Source of the DNA: a virus
Lineage: Duplodnaviria > Caudoviricetes
Length of the DNA: 64,000 bases
IMG/VR virus record: IMGVR_UViG_3300038312_000327
Location: 11,782 to 75,781 of that record
Direction: 5' to 3' (one strand)
Shown: piece by piece, positions 18,685 through 27,630 of the stretch
Position numbering within the stretch: position 1 is the stretch's first letter
Layout: each line of letters opens with the position of its first letter
The notes under the pieces: generated by a model
Told to the model about the DNA's origin: nothing
What the model saw: the letters and a program-made list of their open reading frames with translations, nothing else
Databases searched by the model: none
Made by a program: the position numbers and the translations under genes

Positions 18685-19523
18685 ATCCGGCCCCCTTTCC
18701 GCAATTGGTGAAGAAAAGCTCGACCTTTCTCGGTCCAAACCATCGATTGTTGCGTTTCAACATTACCTGTATGACGATTAACATATCTTGAAACACGCAT
18801 ATCTGTATAGTCCTTATCCTGATATTTTGAATAAAGAAACCACTGACCAGATTGAAAAAATTGAATCCCCGCTTCTTTAAGTTTCTTGTTTAAGGTTTTT
18901 GCACTCAAACCAAAATCTTTTGCTATTTGTGTTGTAGTGAATGTAGATGTTGATTGCAAAACCTCGTCAGTATATTCAGCTTTTGGAACTAAAACTTTGA
19001 TTTCTTCTTTCTGAATTTCATTTTCTCCCTGAAGTATCTGGATTGCTTGTTTGTGTCTCTCCAAAGTTCTTTGAGCAACTTGTAATGCACGAGCCATTAT
19101 TAAATCTGAAGATTCAAAATCAAGAGCAACATTACCGGTTGTCATTAATATTTTTATCTGGTCATTTGTCCAGATAGCGAATGCCGGGGATAGCCAGCGA
19201 GCAAACTCGATGGCAACGTCTTCATGGAACCATGTACCTGGATTTGCACCACCTGCCTGAGTTTTAACTAATTTCTCAAAGTGTGATTTTCTCACTTTGC
19301 TTAATTCTTCAAGAAATGTTTTAGATGTGGGCAATCTTAACCAGTCAACTGGTCGTTTCCCAAATGTTTTTGCCATCTGTGTGGCATTTACCATAACATC
19401 GTCACCTTTAGAAAAAGTAACTTTTGAGCCTTCATAGGTTAAAACAATGCTCGTTTCGTGAGCGGACGTACTTCGACTGTTACTATTGTTCGCAATCGTC
19501 GCAATGTTTGTGTTGTTAAGCAT
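18681..19523 (-). CDS. Phage antirepressor (KilA-N + ANT/KilAC)
   Basis: VMVNATQMAK...GTWFHEDVAIEFARWLSP (KilA-N); STFTTTQIAK...WTEKGRAFL (ANT). Confidence 0.9.
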   Translation of the reverse strand: MLNNTNIATIANNSNSRSTSAHETSIVLTYEGSKVTFSKGDDVMVNATQMAKTFGKRPVDWLRLPTSKTFLEELSKVRKSHFEKLVKTQAGGANPGTWFHEDVAIEFARWLSPAFAIWTNDQIKILMTTGNVALDFESSDLIMARALQVAQRTLERHKQAIQILQGENEIQKEEIKVLVPKAEYTDEVLQSTSTFTTTQIAKDFGLSAKTLNKKLKEAGIQFFQSGQWFLYSKYQDKDYTDMRVSRYVNRHTGNVETQQSMVWTEKGRAFLHQLRKGGRI

Positions 19524-19565
19524 TTACACAAAATTTTAATAAGTAACGATTTTGAGAAGTGTGGA

Positions 19566-19653
19566 AATAAAAAGAGCGATCCTGCACTTCCCGTTGCTTA
19601 ACACCTCAAGGGCTGCGGGGCCATTAAGCCTCCACACGGGGTTACAGAATCGC
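19566..19653 (-). ncRNA. Putative structured RNA in antirepressor leader (P4 CI/P1 C4-like architecture)
   Basis: Outer stem GCGATTCTGTA/TGCAGGATCGC, CCCGT/ACGGG stem, inner hairpin, exposed loop CCCTTGAGGTGTTAAGCA, then U-tract. Confidence 0.6.
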
Positions 19654-19761
19654 AATTAAATTTTGACGTAATAACTATTTAAAACAAAAACAGCCCGCCA
19701 ATATGGTGAGCCGAACGCCTTGCAATTCTAATATTCTCACCCTTGAGTATGTTAAGCGTTA

Positions 19762-19792
19762 CAAATATCAGAATATTTTTTTAATCTACAAA
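19762..19792 (-). promoter_or_regulatory. Bacteroidota-type promoter of antirepressor leader
   Basis: TTTG-N19-GATATTTG (consensus TTTG-N19-21-TAnnTTTG, one mismatch). Confidence 0.6.
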
Positions 19793-19827
19793 ATAAAAAT
19801 GACTATTTTTGCGAAAAACATAATATC

Positions 19828-20280
19828 ATGGGATTATTTTTCAATAACTACGAAAAAAAGCGGAAGCAGGCTATCGCGAAAGTGGAATTTCCGAGACATA
19901 AAAGGATTTTAGAGGATAGTATCAGTCTGATCAAATCAACCCAGAATTTAAGCACATTGATAAACCGGCATGAAATAGCACAAGAGGAATATTCGTGGAT
20001 AAAAAGCCAAATGAATGCCGGTGTCCCGATTTACTTCAAATCTAACGGGTATTTTCCTGCCGAATTGAAGGAGTACGCAAATGTAAATATAGTCCGGATC
20101 GCAGATGCCGAATACGCAAAGTATGCAGCGAAAAAGGGAACATTGAAAACCGATAAAGCGAAAGAAAATCTACACGATAAATATACGAATGTTTTAAATG
20201 ATTGCTTATTTGCTTTACTTACCGCTAAAAACCAAAAAGAATGTATCTCTGAAATTGCAGGGCTAATTACTAAACTATAA
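19828..20280 (+). CDS. Hypothetical protein (cargo gene)
   Basis: 150 aa; own TATTTTTG promoter at 19804-19811 and terminator at 20303-20332. Confidence 0.7.
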   Translation: MGLFFNNYEKKRKQAIAKVEFPRHKRILEDSISLIKSTQNLSTLINRHEIAQEEYSWIKSQMNAGVPIYFKSNGYFPAELKEYANVNIVRIADAEYAKYAAKKGTLKTDKAKENLHDKYTNVLNDCLFALLTAKNQKECISEIAGLITKL

Positions 20281-20302
20281 AAAAATAGCCGAAAAATTAC
20301 GT

Positions 20303-20332
20303 AGAGCCGGATCATTATGATCCGGCTCTTTT
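20303..20332 (+). terminator. Intrinsic terminator
   Basis: AGAGCCGGATCAT/ATGATCCGGCTCT hairpin + T-tract. Confidence 0.8.
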
Positions 20333-20483
20333 ATGGGCGTGCAGGGAAACCTGAAAACTTCGAAAAAAGAGATTAAGCGATGATGTGCTTTCAAAGCACC
20401 CCATATAGATCACGAACCCTTACTGCTAATAACCCATCAAAAGAACAACCGCGTAACTCTAAGTTACCCCCTTCCGCAGGCAA

Positions 20484-22405
20484 ATCGAGTAGGAGGAAAA
20501 CGAAGTAGTTTTCTTCCTACTTTCGTTTTCCGACCTCTCACACCACCGTACGTACGGTTCTCGTATACGGCGGTTCCTTAACATTTCACTCTAACCGTTT
20601 TATAATAATCCGAGAAGAAAACGTAACCGGCTTTTCTTAAACGCTCGTCAGTAACTGTTCGGCTAAGGATAAAACTATTGGCTACATGCCAATAGCCCTT
20701 TCTGGTATTTGCCCACTCATATGCCTTGTATCTGTTGATACCCAGCTTAACAAGATTAGCTACCTTGGTTCTGATCCGTTTCCATTGTTTCCATATCACC
20801 ATACGTAGCCTTCGACGCAACCAGGCATCCGTTGTTGTGAGTAACGTTTTAATGTCTGCCAGTTTGAAGTACTGCACCCAACCTGTTATATACTGGTTTA
20901 GTGCTGTCTTCCTGCACTCATTCCCCCATCCGTTGCTTCGGGATGTAAGTTCTCTAATTCGAGCTTTCATCTTTTCCACACTTTTGGAGTGAACCCTCAG
21001 CCTGCATTCTCCCTTGTATCGGTAAAAACTATAGCCAAGGAATTGGATATCCCTGATGTAGGCAACTTTCGTTTTGTTACGATTGACTTTCAGGAAGAGT
21101 TTCTTCTCAATGAACGAGATAATGCTCTCCATCACTCTTTCGGCACTTCGCCTACTCTTGCACAGTATTACCAGATCATCCGCATAGCGAACGAACTTGT
21201 GTCCCCGTTTTTCGAGTTCCCTGTCCAGCTCACCCAGAAGGATATTTCCCAAAAGAGGACTTAATGGTCCTCCTTGCGGAACTCCCTCATGGCTCTCTTC
21301 GAAACAGACTCCATCTTTCACTCCTGCATTGAGATACTTATGTATAAGTGAAACCACTCTCCCGTCCTTGATAGTACGGGATAAGACCTCTATCAGTTTG
21401 TTATGATGTACGGTATCGAAGAAACGCTCCAGATCCATATCTACGGCGTAGATGTAACCCTCGTTGATATACTGTTGACATTTTCTGAGGGCTCCGTGTG
21501 TTGAGCGTCTGGGACGGAACCCATAGCTATGGTCACTGAATTCAGGTTCATAGACCTGAGACAGCTTCTGTGCAATGCCCTGCTGGATAACCCGATCTAC
21601 TACTGTGGGGATACCCAGCTGGCGCTGCTTCCCGTCTTCTTTGGGGATGTATACCCTTCGTGTCGGATTGGGGCGATACTTGCCCCCCAGAATGGACCCG
21701 ATCAATACATCCTTGTTCCCGACAAGATAATCTTTCAATGATTCAACCTCCATCTTGTCTATACCTGCTGCGCCATGGTTGCTCTTTACCCGTTTGTAGG
21801 CAGCGTTAAGGTTGGAAGGTGAAAGGATGTCTTCCAGCAATCCATTCTCTTTACGGTGTTCATGTCCGGTGAGGTTGTTTTCAGTTATCCATAGGAAAGT
21901 CTGCCCTGTCGCATGGCTTTCGGATGCCGTCCTATTATTCTGCGCTACAGGTCTCTGATATATAGAGATTTTCTGCTTTCGTCCTTTCATAACGGTAACT
22001 TTCATTGACTGCTCGACCATTAAGGTTCAGCCCTTCCCATATCCGGTCGTGATGTGGTACTATGGCTTCTGCTGACTTCTCACGATGAACTTGTTTTGAC
22101 CATGCTTCATACTCCGTTTCCGCATGTTCGTGAGACCTCCCGCGGTAAGGCAGTTAACTTTCATTCCATGTCCCCGCCATATTTACACCCCGACGTCCGT
22201 GTAATCTTTGGACTTTGACTTGTTTTGCAGTCTCGTCCCGACGGGTATGCCTGATATGATTCGTGTCCCTCGGGGCGGAACTTTGCCTTAAGCTTCCTTC
22301 AGATTCCGCTTCGCAACGGACACCCTTGCCCTCGGCTAATGGTTGGCGATCACAAACCCCCATAGTGGACTTTCACCACCAAGTTAACTGCCATGCACGG
22401 CACAC
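20484..22405 (-). mobile_element. Group II intron, bacterial class C (IIC)
   Basis: 5' GTGTGCCG at 22405; domain V GAACCGCCGTATACG...CGTACGTACGGTGGTGTGAGAGG with CGC triad; 3' end CCTACTCGAT at 20484; inserted just after a hairpin + T-tract. Confidence 0.93.
20578..22020 (-). CDS. ltrA: Group II intron reverse transcriptase/maturase (no En domain; real start probably MKGRKQK at 21990)
   Basis: RQLGIPTVVDR, GVPQGGPLSPLL, FVRYADD motifs; maturase X domain. Confidence 0.95.
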   Translation of the reverse strand: MVEQSMKVTVMKGRKQKISIYQRPVAQNNRTASESHATGQTFLWITENNLTGHEHRKENGLLEDILSPSNLNAAYKRVKSNHGAAGIDKMEVESLKDYLVGNKDVLIGSILGGKYRPNPTRRVYIPKEDGKQRQLGIPTVVDRVIQQGIAQKLSQVYEPEFSDHSYGFRPRRSTHGALRKCQQYINEGYIYAVDMDLERFFDTVHHNKLIEVLSRTIKDGRVVSLIHKYLNAGVKDGVCFEESHEGVPQGGPLSPLLGNILLGELDRELEKRGHKFVRYADDLVILCKSRRSAERVMESIISFIEKKLFLKVNRNKTKVAYIRDIQFLGYSFYRYKGECRLRVHSKSVEKMKARIRELTSRSNGWGNECRKTALNQYITGWVQYFKLADIKTLLTTTDAWLRRRLRMVIWKQWKRIRTKVANLVKLGINRYKAYEWANTRKGYWHVANSFILSRTVTDERLRKAGYVFFSDYYKTVRVKC

Positions 22406-22411
22406 AAAAAT

Positions 22412-22440
22412 AAGCGATGTAACGAAACGTTACACCGCTC
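22412..22440 (-). terminator. Hairpin used as IIC intron target
   Basis: AGCGGTGTAACG-TTT-CGTTACATCGCT followed by TATTTTT then intron 5' end. Confidence 0.75.
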
Positions 22441-22496
22441 TTCCGGCTCTGTATGGTCGGATATCGCCTTTCTTGAATTTGAATTGACAAACTAAA

Positions 22497-22685
22497 ATGA
22501 AAACAGAAGAGATTATTTCAAAACTTAGTGCAGAAAACAAAAAAATGAAAGAATTGATTGAGTTTGCTAATTCTAATCTGAGCGGATTATTTAATTCAAT
22601 GGACAGAATGGATAAAAATGAGGTGAAAGATGCAATTAGGTTTATTGGAATCGAAATCGAAAATTTTATAAATAAAAGGATGTGA
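22497..22685 (+). CDS. Hypothetical 62-aa protein
   Basis: ORF with A-rich initiation region and downstream terminator. Confidence 0.55.
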   Translation: MKTEEIISKLSAENKKMKELIEFANSNLSGLFNSMDRMDKNEVKDAIRFIGIEIENFINKRM

Positions 22686-22711
22686 TTTTTTAATTGACAA
22701 AGATTGTAGAC

Positions 22712-22740
22712 AGCCGGATCATAACGATTCGGCTTTTTTT
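22712..22740 (+). terminator. Intrinsic terminator
   Basis: AGCCGGATC...GATTCGGCT + T-tract. Confidence 0.75.
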
Positions 22741-22792
22741 ATGTATTTCCGAAAAACACACTTCTCTTATATTTTAAATCAAAAACATTTTT

Positions 22793-23470
22793 ATGACAAT
22801 CCTAGAATTAATCAAAGCACAATGTAAAGTTCAGGGTGTGCCTGAAAATCATGCTGAACGTATCGAGAAGATCACGGGCATCACGGAAGAAAAAGACGGC
22901 AATATCATTGCTGCCGTTAAGAACTTCAAGGAAAATATTCTCCCGGCCATTCAGGAAGCGGAAAATTCCGGTAAAACGGCTATTTCGGAATATGAGAAAA
23001 AACATAATCTGAAAGACGGCAAGCCGGTTGAAGCGAAAAAAAATGATGAGCCGGGAAAGGTTGAATTGCCAAAGGATCTTGACCCGTCGGTAAAGGCTAT
23101 GATCGAAGCGCAAAACAAATCTATCGAGACGCTTACCGGACTTGTATCAGGTATGGTTAAGTCCCAGAAGAGTATATCGGTCCTCGAAACCGTAAAAACA
23201 AAGCTGAAAGGCAAGGTGGATGATAAATTCATCGAAAAGGTAGCCGCAAAAGTGAATGTTGATGCTGAGGACATTGATAAAGAGATCGAGACCCAGATTA
23301 CTGAATTCAATGATTTGAGACAATCTCTAATCGATGAATATGTAGGTAAGGATTATATTCCCGCAGGTGGCTCAGCAGCCGGTGACCGCTCCGTTTCAGA
23401 TTGGGCGAAACTGATGGATAACAACGATGCTTCCGAAACCGGAGTAGTAGACTTAGGATTAGGTAAATAA
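22793..23470 (+). CDS. Capsid scaffolding protein
   Basis: Acidic/Lys-rich coiled coil directly upstream of capsid genes. Confidence 0.7.
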   Translation: MTILELIKAQCKVQGVPENHAERIEKITGITEEKDGNIIAAVKNFKENILPAIQEAENSGKTAISEYEKKHNLKDGKPVEAKKNDEPGKVELPKDLDPSVKAMIEAQNKSIETLTGLVSGMVKSQKSISVLETVKTKLKGKVDDKFIEKVAAKVNVDAEDIDKEIETQITEFNDLRQSLIDEYVGKDYIPAGGSAAGDRSVSDWAKLMDNNDASETGVVDLGLGK

Positions 23471-23488
23471 CCATTAATATTTTAAAGT

Positions 23489-24391
23489 ATGTTTAGGAAA
23501 AAAGAAAATGAATTTCAATACGCCCCGGTGATCGTCAAGATCATAGAGGACGTTACTGGTGGTGGTACAATCGCCAGGGCTGAACTGAAAGGTGTGATTG
23601 ACGAGTTGCCTCCCGGGGTTATCGTAGGAGTGGATTCGAACGGTTTGTATCATGTTTTGAAAACTGCAAAAGTGATAGGTGGTACTGTATCTGCGCCAAG
23701 GATTGCAAAAAACCACTTGTTGGTTGTTGGCGAGATCATCTCGGATGGTACGGATACGCTTAAAATTGCAAGTATCACGAAAGGTGAGGAATACGATACG
23801 TTAACTTTCGTTGACGGCCAATTGACCGCAGTTGGAGGGTTGATTTATCTTGCAATTGGAATTAATGCCGCTGCATCGGTAACCCTTACAGGCGATGTTG
23901 GAGACACGTTGACGATTTCGTGCCCGTCAGCTGCAGGAGTTGAAGAATTTAACGGAAAGACCGTTGAGCTGGTACAGGCGGAAAACGATACGCTTGCCGT
24001 TTCTTATGCAAACGGGAAGATTACCATTGCGCTTGCAGACACAACCGCTTCAAAAAACAATGCTGCCGCCATTCAAGCTGCTATTCGCGCACTTGTCGCT
24101 GCCGGACTTGATTTTACGGGAATAACCGTAACAGGTGGTGCAGGATGGGATGGCGGGCAGACCGGAGCTGTTCTGACTACACCGTCAGGTAATCTTTTGG
24201 GAGGTAGTTATACCGCCAATGAAACAGGCTATAAATATGCTCCAGAAGCAATCACGATGAACAAGATCGATACGACCGTTGCGAATCAGCAGTCCGGTCT
24301 GCTTGTTCGTGGTACTGTCAATGAGGCTGTCATGCCTTATCCTGTGGATAGTGAAATCAAGGCATTAATGTCGTTAATCCGTTTTGTGTAA
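23489..24391 (+). CDS. Probable head decoration/cement protein with inserted domain
   Basis: Position between scaffold and MCP; beta-rich; central Ala/Thr/Gly-rich segment. Confidence 0.55.
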   Translation: MFRKKENEFQYAPVIVKIIEDVTGGGTIARAELKGVIDELPPGVIVGVDSNGLYHVLKTAKVIGGTVSAPRIAKNHLLVVGEIISDGTDTLKIASITKGEEYDTLTFVDGQLTAVGGLIYLAIGINAAASVTLTGDVGDTLTISCPSAAGVEEFNGKTVELVQAENDTLAVSYANGKITIALADTTASKNNAAAIQAAIRALVAAGLDFTGITVTGGAGWDGGQTGAVLTTPSGNLLGGSYTANETGYKYAPEAITMNKIDTTVANQQSGLLVRGTVNEAVMPYPVDSEIKALMSLIRFV

Positions 24392-24410
24392 CCCATTAAA
24401 ATTTATATAG

Positions 24411-25523
24411 ATGGAAAGAAGTCTAATTAAACAAGTGAACCGGAAAAATATGGAAGCGCGCCTGAACACCCGTAAGGTGAAGCCGGTGTATTTCCCCAAT
24501 TTTTTCGGAATTAAAGCTAAAACATCCCTGAAGTGGGAAACCCTGACGGGTGAGAAGGGGGCGCCGGTAATTGCTGATGTTATCAGCTACGATGCAAGCG
24601 CACCTATTAAAAAGCGTGAGGTGGTTGGGAAAATGTCCGGTGACATTCCTAAAACTGCTATCAAGCGTGGTATGAACGAAAGTGACTGGAACGAGTACAA
24701 TCAATTAGCACGTGATGCTTCTGGTGATGCAAATCAGATGGCTATTCTGGACTTGGCGTTCAAAGATCAGGACTTCGTGTACAATGGTGTTCGTGGTCGC
24801 TTCGAGTGGTGGGCTATGCAGCTTATGTCGAATGCTGGTTTCGTGCTTAATGCAACCAACAACAACGGTGTTGTAACTGAAGAGTTCGTTGGGTGCGGAA
24901 TGCCTAACGTTAACAAGAAGAAAGCTGCAACCAATTGGGCTACTGCTGCAACAGCTGACGGGTTGCAGGATATTGAGGACGTGATTGTAGCAGCTGCCGC
25001 CGATGGCGTGAGCATCAAGTATGTTATCATGAGGTCCGATACTTTCTCTTTGCTGAAGAAGCAAAAAGCAACTGTTGACAAGCTGAAAGGCTGGGTGAAC
25101 AACACGACGAAGCTGACTGTGACCAAGCAAGTAATCAACGATTATCTTGCAGCTCAGGAAAAACCAGTTCAGATAGTCATTGTTGATCCTGCAGTACGTA
25201 TCGAGGATAAAGCTCACAAGCGCACTACCGTGAACCCCTGGGAAGCTAATCGTGTGACATTTGTGGAAGACCTGCAGGTTGGAGATATCCAACATGGACC
25301 TATCGCAGCAGAAAGCTCTCCGGAATACAAAAAGCTGGCCACGACCGTGAAGAAAGACTTCGTTTTTATCTCAAAATGGTCAGAGCTGGAACCTTTCGGC
25401 GAATGGACTAAAGCTGAAGCAAATGCCATTCCCGTGATCAATGATCCGGACGCTATGTATATTCTGAAAACGGATGCTCTTGATTGGCCGGAAGGTAATA
25501 CGGAAGCAACTGACGAAGAATAA
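24411..25523 (+). CDS. Major capsid protein
   Basis: 370 aa, phage cap E-like (ADVISYDASAPIK; KAEANAIPVINDP). Confidence 0.88.
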   Translation: MERSLIKQVNRKNMEARLNTRKVKPVYFPNFFGIKAKTSLKWETLTGEKGAPVIADVISYDASAPIKKREVVGKMSGDIPKTAIKRGMNESDWNEYNQLARDASGDANQMAILDLAFKDQDFVYNGVRGRFEWWAMQLMSNAGFVLNATNNNGVVTEEFVGCGMPNVNKKKAATNWATAATADGLQDIEDVIVAAAADGVSIKYVIMRSDTFSLLKKQKATVDKLKGWVNNTTKLTVTKQVINDYLAAQEKPVQIVIVDPAVRIEDKAHKRTTVNPWEANRVTFVEDLQVGDIQHGPIAAESSPEYKKLATTVKKDFVFISKWSELEPFGEWTKAEANAIPVINDPDAMYILKTDALDWPEGNTEATDEE

Positions 25524-25528
25524 TCCCG

Positions 25529-25861
25529 ATGACAGTTAAAGATGCAATATTGTCTTATCCAGGCCTTGCGGATTTTCCGGAAGGGTATCTGACCGTGATA
25601 CTGGCCAGCCGCTCATTAAATGTGGCGGCTGAGCTGGAGACGGTTGAGATTAAGACTGTCAGCCTTGCTATCGCTGACGCGCTGGCTGCTTTCGTCAATA
25701 CTCCCAATTTCACCGAGAACAAGCTGTCTGTAAGCTATCCGAGGGAATACTTCCTCAATACTGCAAGGCAGCTGTATCGGGAGAATGGGGAACCTGCAAA
25801 AGCAAGTAACCTGGGAAAGAAGATTTCAGTTCCAATTGGTAAGGCAAACAACAGATGGTGA
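25529..25861 (+). CDS. Head-tail adaptor
   Basis: Size, helical character and position after MCP. Confidence 0.6.
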   Translation: MTVKDAILSYPGLADFPEGYLTVILASRSLNVAAELETVEIKTVSLAIADALAAFVNTPNFTENKLSVSYPREYFLNTARQLYRENGEPAKASNLGKKISVPIGKANNRW

Positions 25862-26157
25862 AGAGATACCCTCATATCGCAACAATAACCGGTGAAACGG
25901 GTGGTAGCCTGGTTAACGGTGAATGGGTAGAGGGTGCTCCATTTTCTGTTGAGATCATAGGCCGTTTTGATCCTGTCGATACAAACGACGTCATACGCAC
26001 CAATACCGCCGGGGACGAGATTACTGTTCGGGGCGAATTCTATACTCCTGTAAAGAAGATAGAGGGAGCCACAATCCTGGAAGTGCCGGAATTGGGGATA
26101 AAACGTAATATCATTTGCTGGTATCCTTGGCAATCGCATAATGTAATTTCAGTATGA
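25855..26157 (+). CDS. Head closure/stopper protein
   Basis: Position, beta-rich 100 aa. Confidence 0.5.
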   Translation: MVKRYPHIATITGETGGSLVNGEWVEGAPFSVEIIGRFDPVDTNDVIRTNTAGDEITVRGEFYTPVKKIEGATILEVPELGIKRNIICWYPWQSHNVISV

Positions 26158-26636
26158 GTAAGAAAGCAGGTATTACACCAGTATTCACGAAGTCTGATTT
26201 GAACAAATGGTTCAAAATCTTTGAGAATGATGTTCATGCAAAAACATATACGTTATTGCAGGCAGCCGGGGAGATGTTTGTCAAATATGCCCGTGAAAGC
26301 GGAAGGTACATCGACCATACCGGCAATCTTCGTTCATCGATCGGCTACGTGATAATCGAAAATGGAAGCATTGAAAGCGATAATTTCAAGATTGTTCATG
26401 CCGGAACAGATGGAAAAAAGGGTGTGGAAAAGGCGAAAAAACTCGCACGTCAACTCGCCAATACTTACAACACGGGTATGGTCCTTATCGGTGTTGCCGG
26501 AATGGAATATGCTGTTTATGTTGAAGCGATGGAAAGCAAGGATGTAATTACGGCAGCCAATATCAAAACGGAAGAATGGATGCGGAAGTCGATCAAAGCG
26601 GTATTCGAAAAAGCAGGGATATATGGACGAATTTGA
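26154..26636 (+). CDS. Neck/tail completion protein (HK97 gp10-like)
   Basis: DHTGNLRSSIG and YAVYVE motifs. Confidence 0.7.
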   Translation: MSKKAGITPVFTKSDLNKWFKIFENDVHAKTYTLLQAAGEMFVKYARESGRYIDHTGNLRSSIGYVIIENGSIESDNFKIVHAGTDGKKGVEKAKKLARQLANTYNTGMVLIGVAGMEYAVYVEAMESKDVITAANIKTEEWMRKSIKAVFEKAGIYGRI

Positions 26637-27024
26637 TATAATAGACCTGGTATACACCCACGTTGCGGCAGCCAATACCGGTCTGCCAATTTACAAGGAT
26701 AGATCTGCTACAGGTGTGGATGAAAACCACATTGTTATTTCCGGGATGGAGTTTCATGAATTTGACTGGCAAAACAAAATGCCCGTGAACGTGAATATCT
26801 TCATCAAGTTATCCGCTCAATCAGGAATGCCGAACCGTACGCTTATGCGAGACGCGAAAAAAAAGATCCGAGCGGAGCTAAAGAAAATCAAGCCCGAAAA
26901 TGGACAATATCGTGACGTTGAATTATCAGGTTCAGTAAGATTAACCGGTGCGAAAGAGAATTTCGATTGCACAAATATTAAAGTAATTATTAACACTCAA
27001 AAAAATATAGAAGATTATGAGTAG
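26623..27024 (+). CDS. Tail terminator protein
   Basis: Position before tail tube. Confidence 0.5.
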   Translation: MDEFDIIDLVYTHVAAANTGLPIYKDRSATGVDENHIVISGMEFHEFDWQNKMPVNVNIFIKLSAQSGMPNRTLMRDAKKKIRAELKKIKPENGQYRDVELSGSVRLTGAKENFDCTNIKVIINTQKNIEDYE

Positions 27025-27562
27025 ACCTATTGCAATGGGCGTAAAGGAAGTACGCCATTTTGACGTTGGTGACGGCGTTCCCGGCACCGCAAATCCAAAG
27101 ACAATGCCGAATCCGTCGGAAAATGCGGTTGCATTCAATTTTTCTGATCCGGAAGAGGTCCGTATCCCGATTGAAGGTACGGACGAACCATTGTATTCTC
27201 ACTTCAAGAAAGGATCAACGGATTACGTTGAGGTATCCTACCCCACACCCTCCAATGATATAATCAAAGAGGTCATGGGTGGCGTGCATAACGAAGGTAC
27301 CGAGGCCGCCCCTCTCGATGAATGGCAGGAAGCTGTCAGCATTCCTTCGATCAACAAGACAATCGAGATCGAATCAATGCCGATCAACGGCAAAAAGGTT
27401 ATCTACACGATCGTGAATGCGAAAATTGTGGCTAAATTTTCACAGGCTCCCACGAAAGATAACGTCGAGCTGCTGATGGTAAGGTATTATAAGCAGGCTG
27501 CCATATCTGCAGCCGGTGTGCAAGGGTACGCTTTCTCCAGGAAGGTTGTAGCCGTTCCTTAA
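27017..27562 (+). CDS. Major tail (tube) protein
   Basis: 181 aa beta-rich; followed by terminator and chaperone genes. Confidence 0.7.
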   Translation: MSRPIAMGVKEVRHFDVGDGVPGTANPKTMPNPSENAVAFNFSDPEEVRIPIEGTDEPLYSHFKKGSTDYVEVSYPTPSNDIIKEVMGGVHNEGTEAAPLDEWQEAVSIPSINKTIEIESMPINGKKVIYTIVNAKIVAKFSQAPTKDNVELLMVRYYKQAAISAAGVQGYAFSRKVVAVP

Positions 27563-27586
27563 TTCTCTCTTTGTCATTTTTGATTG

Positions 27587-27612
27587 GGCCGGGCGTTATT
27601 GTCCGGCCTTTT
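27587..27612 (+). terminator. Intrinsic terminator
   Basis: GGCCGGGC-loop-GTCCGGCC + TTTT. Confidence 0.75.
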
Positions 27613-27630
27613 ATATTTTAAAAGAAAAGT

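Noticed and set aside
20745-20752. Extra GCTTAACA 8-mer inside the intron ORF
   Set aside because: An 8-mer match is expected by chance and has no structural context
20578-22020. RT as a DGR or retron enzyme (with the NDT gene as a retron effector)
   Set aside because: It sits inside complete group II intron ends with domains V/VI and has a maturase domain; I saw no TR/VR pair or msr-msd, and the NDT gene is 19 kb away
20380-22487. 61-aa plus-strand ORF restored by removing the intron (MMCFQSTP...FLNLN)
   Set aside because: In frame, but antisense to the intron so splicing cannot restore it; composition looks like a chance ORF over structured DNA
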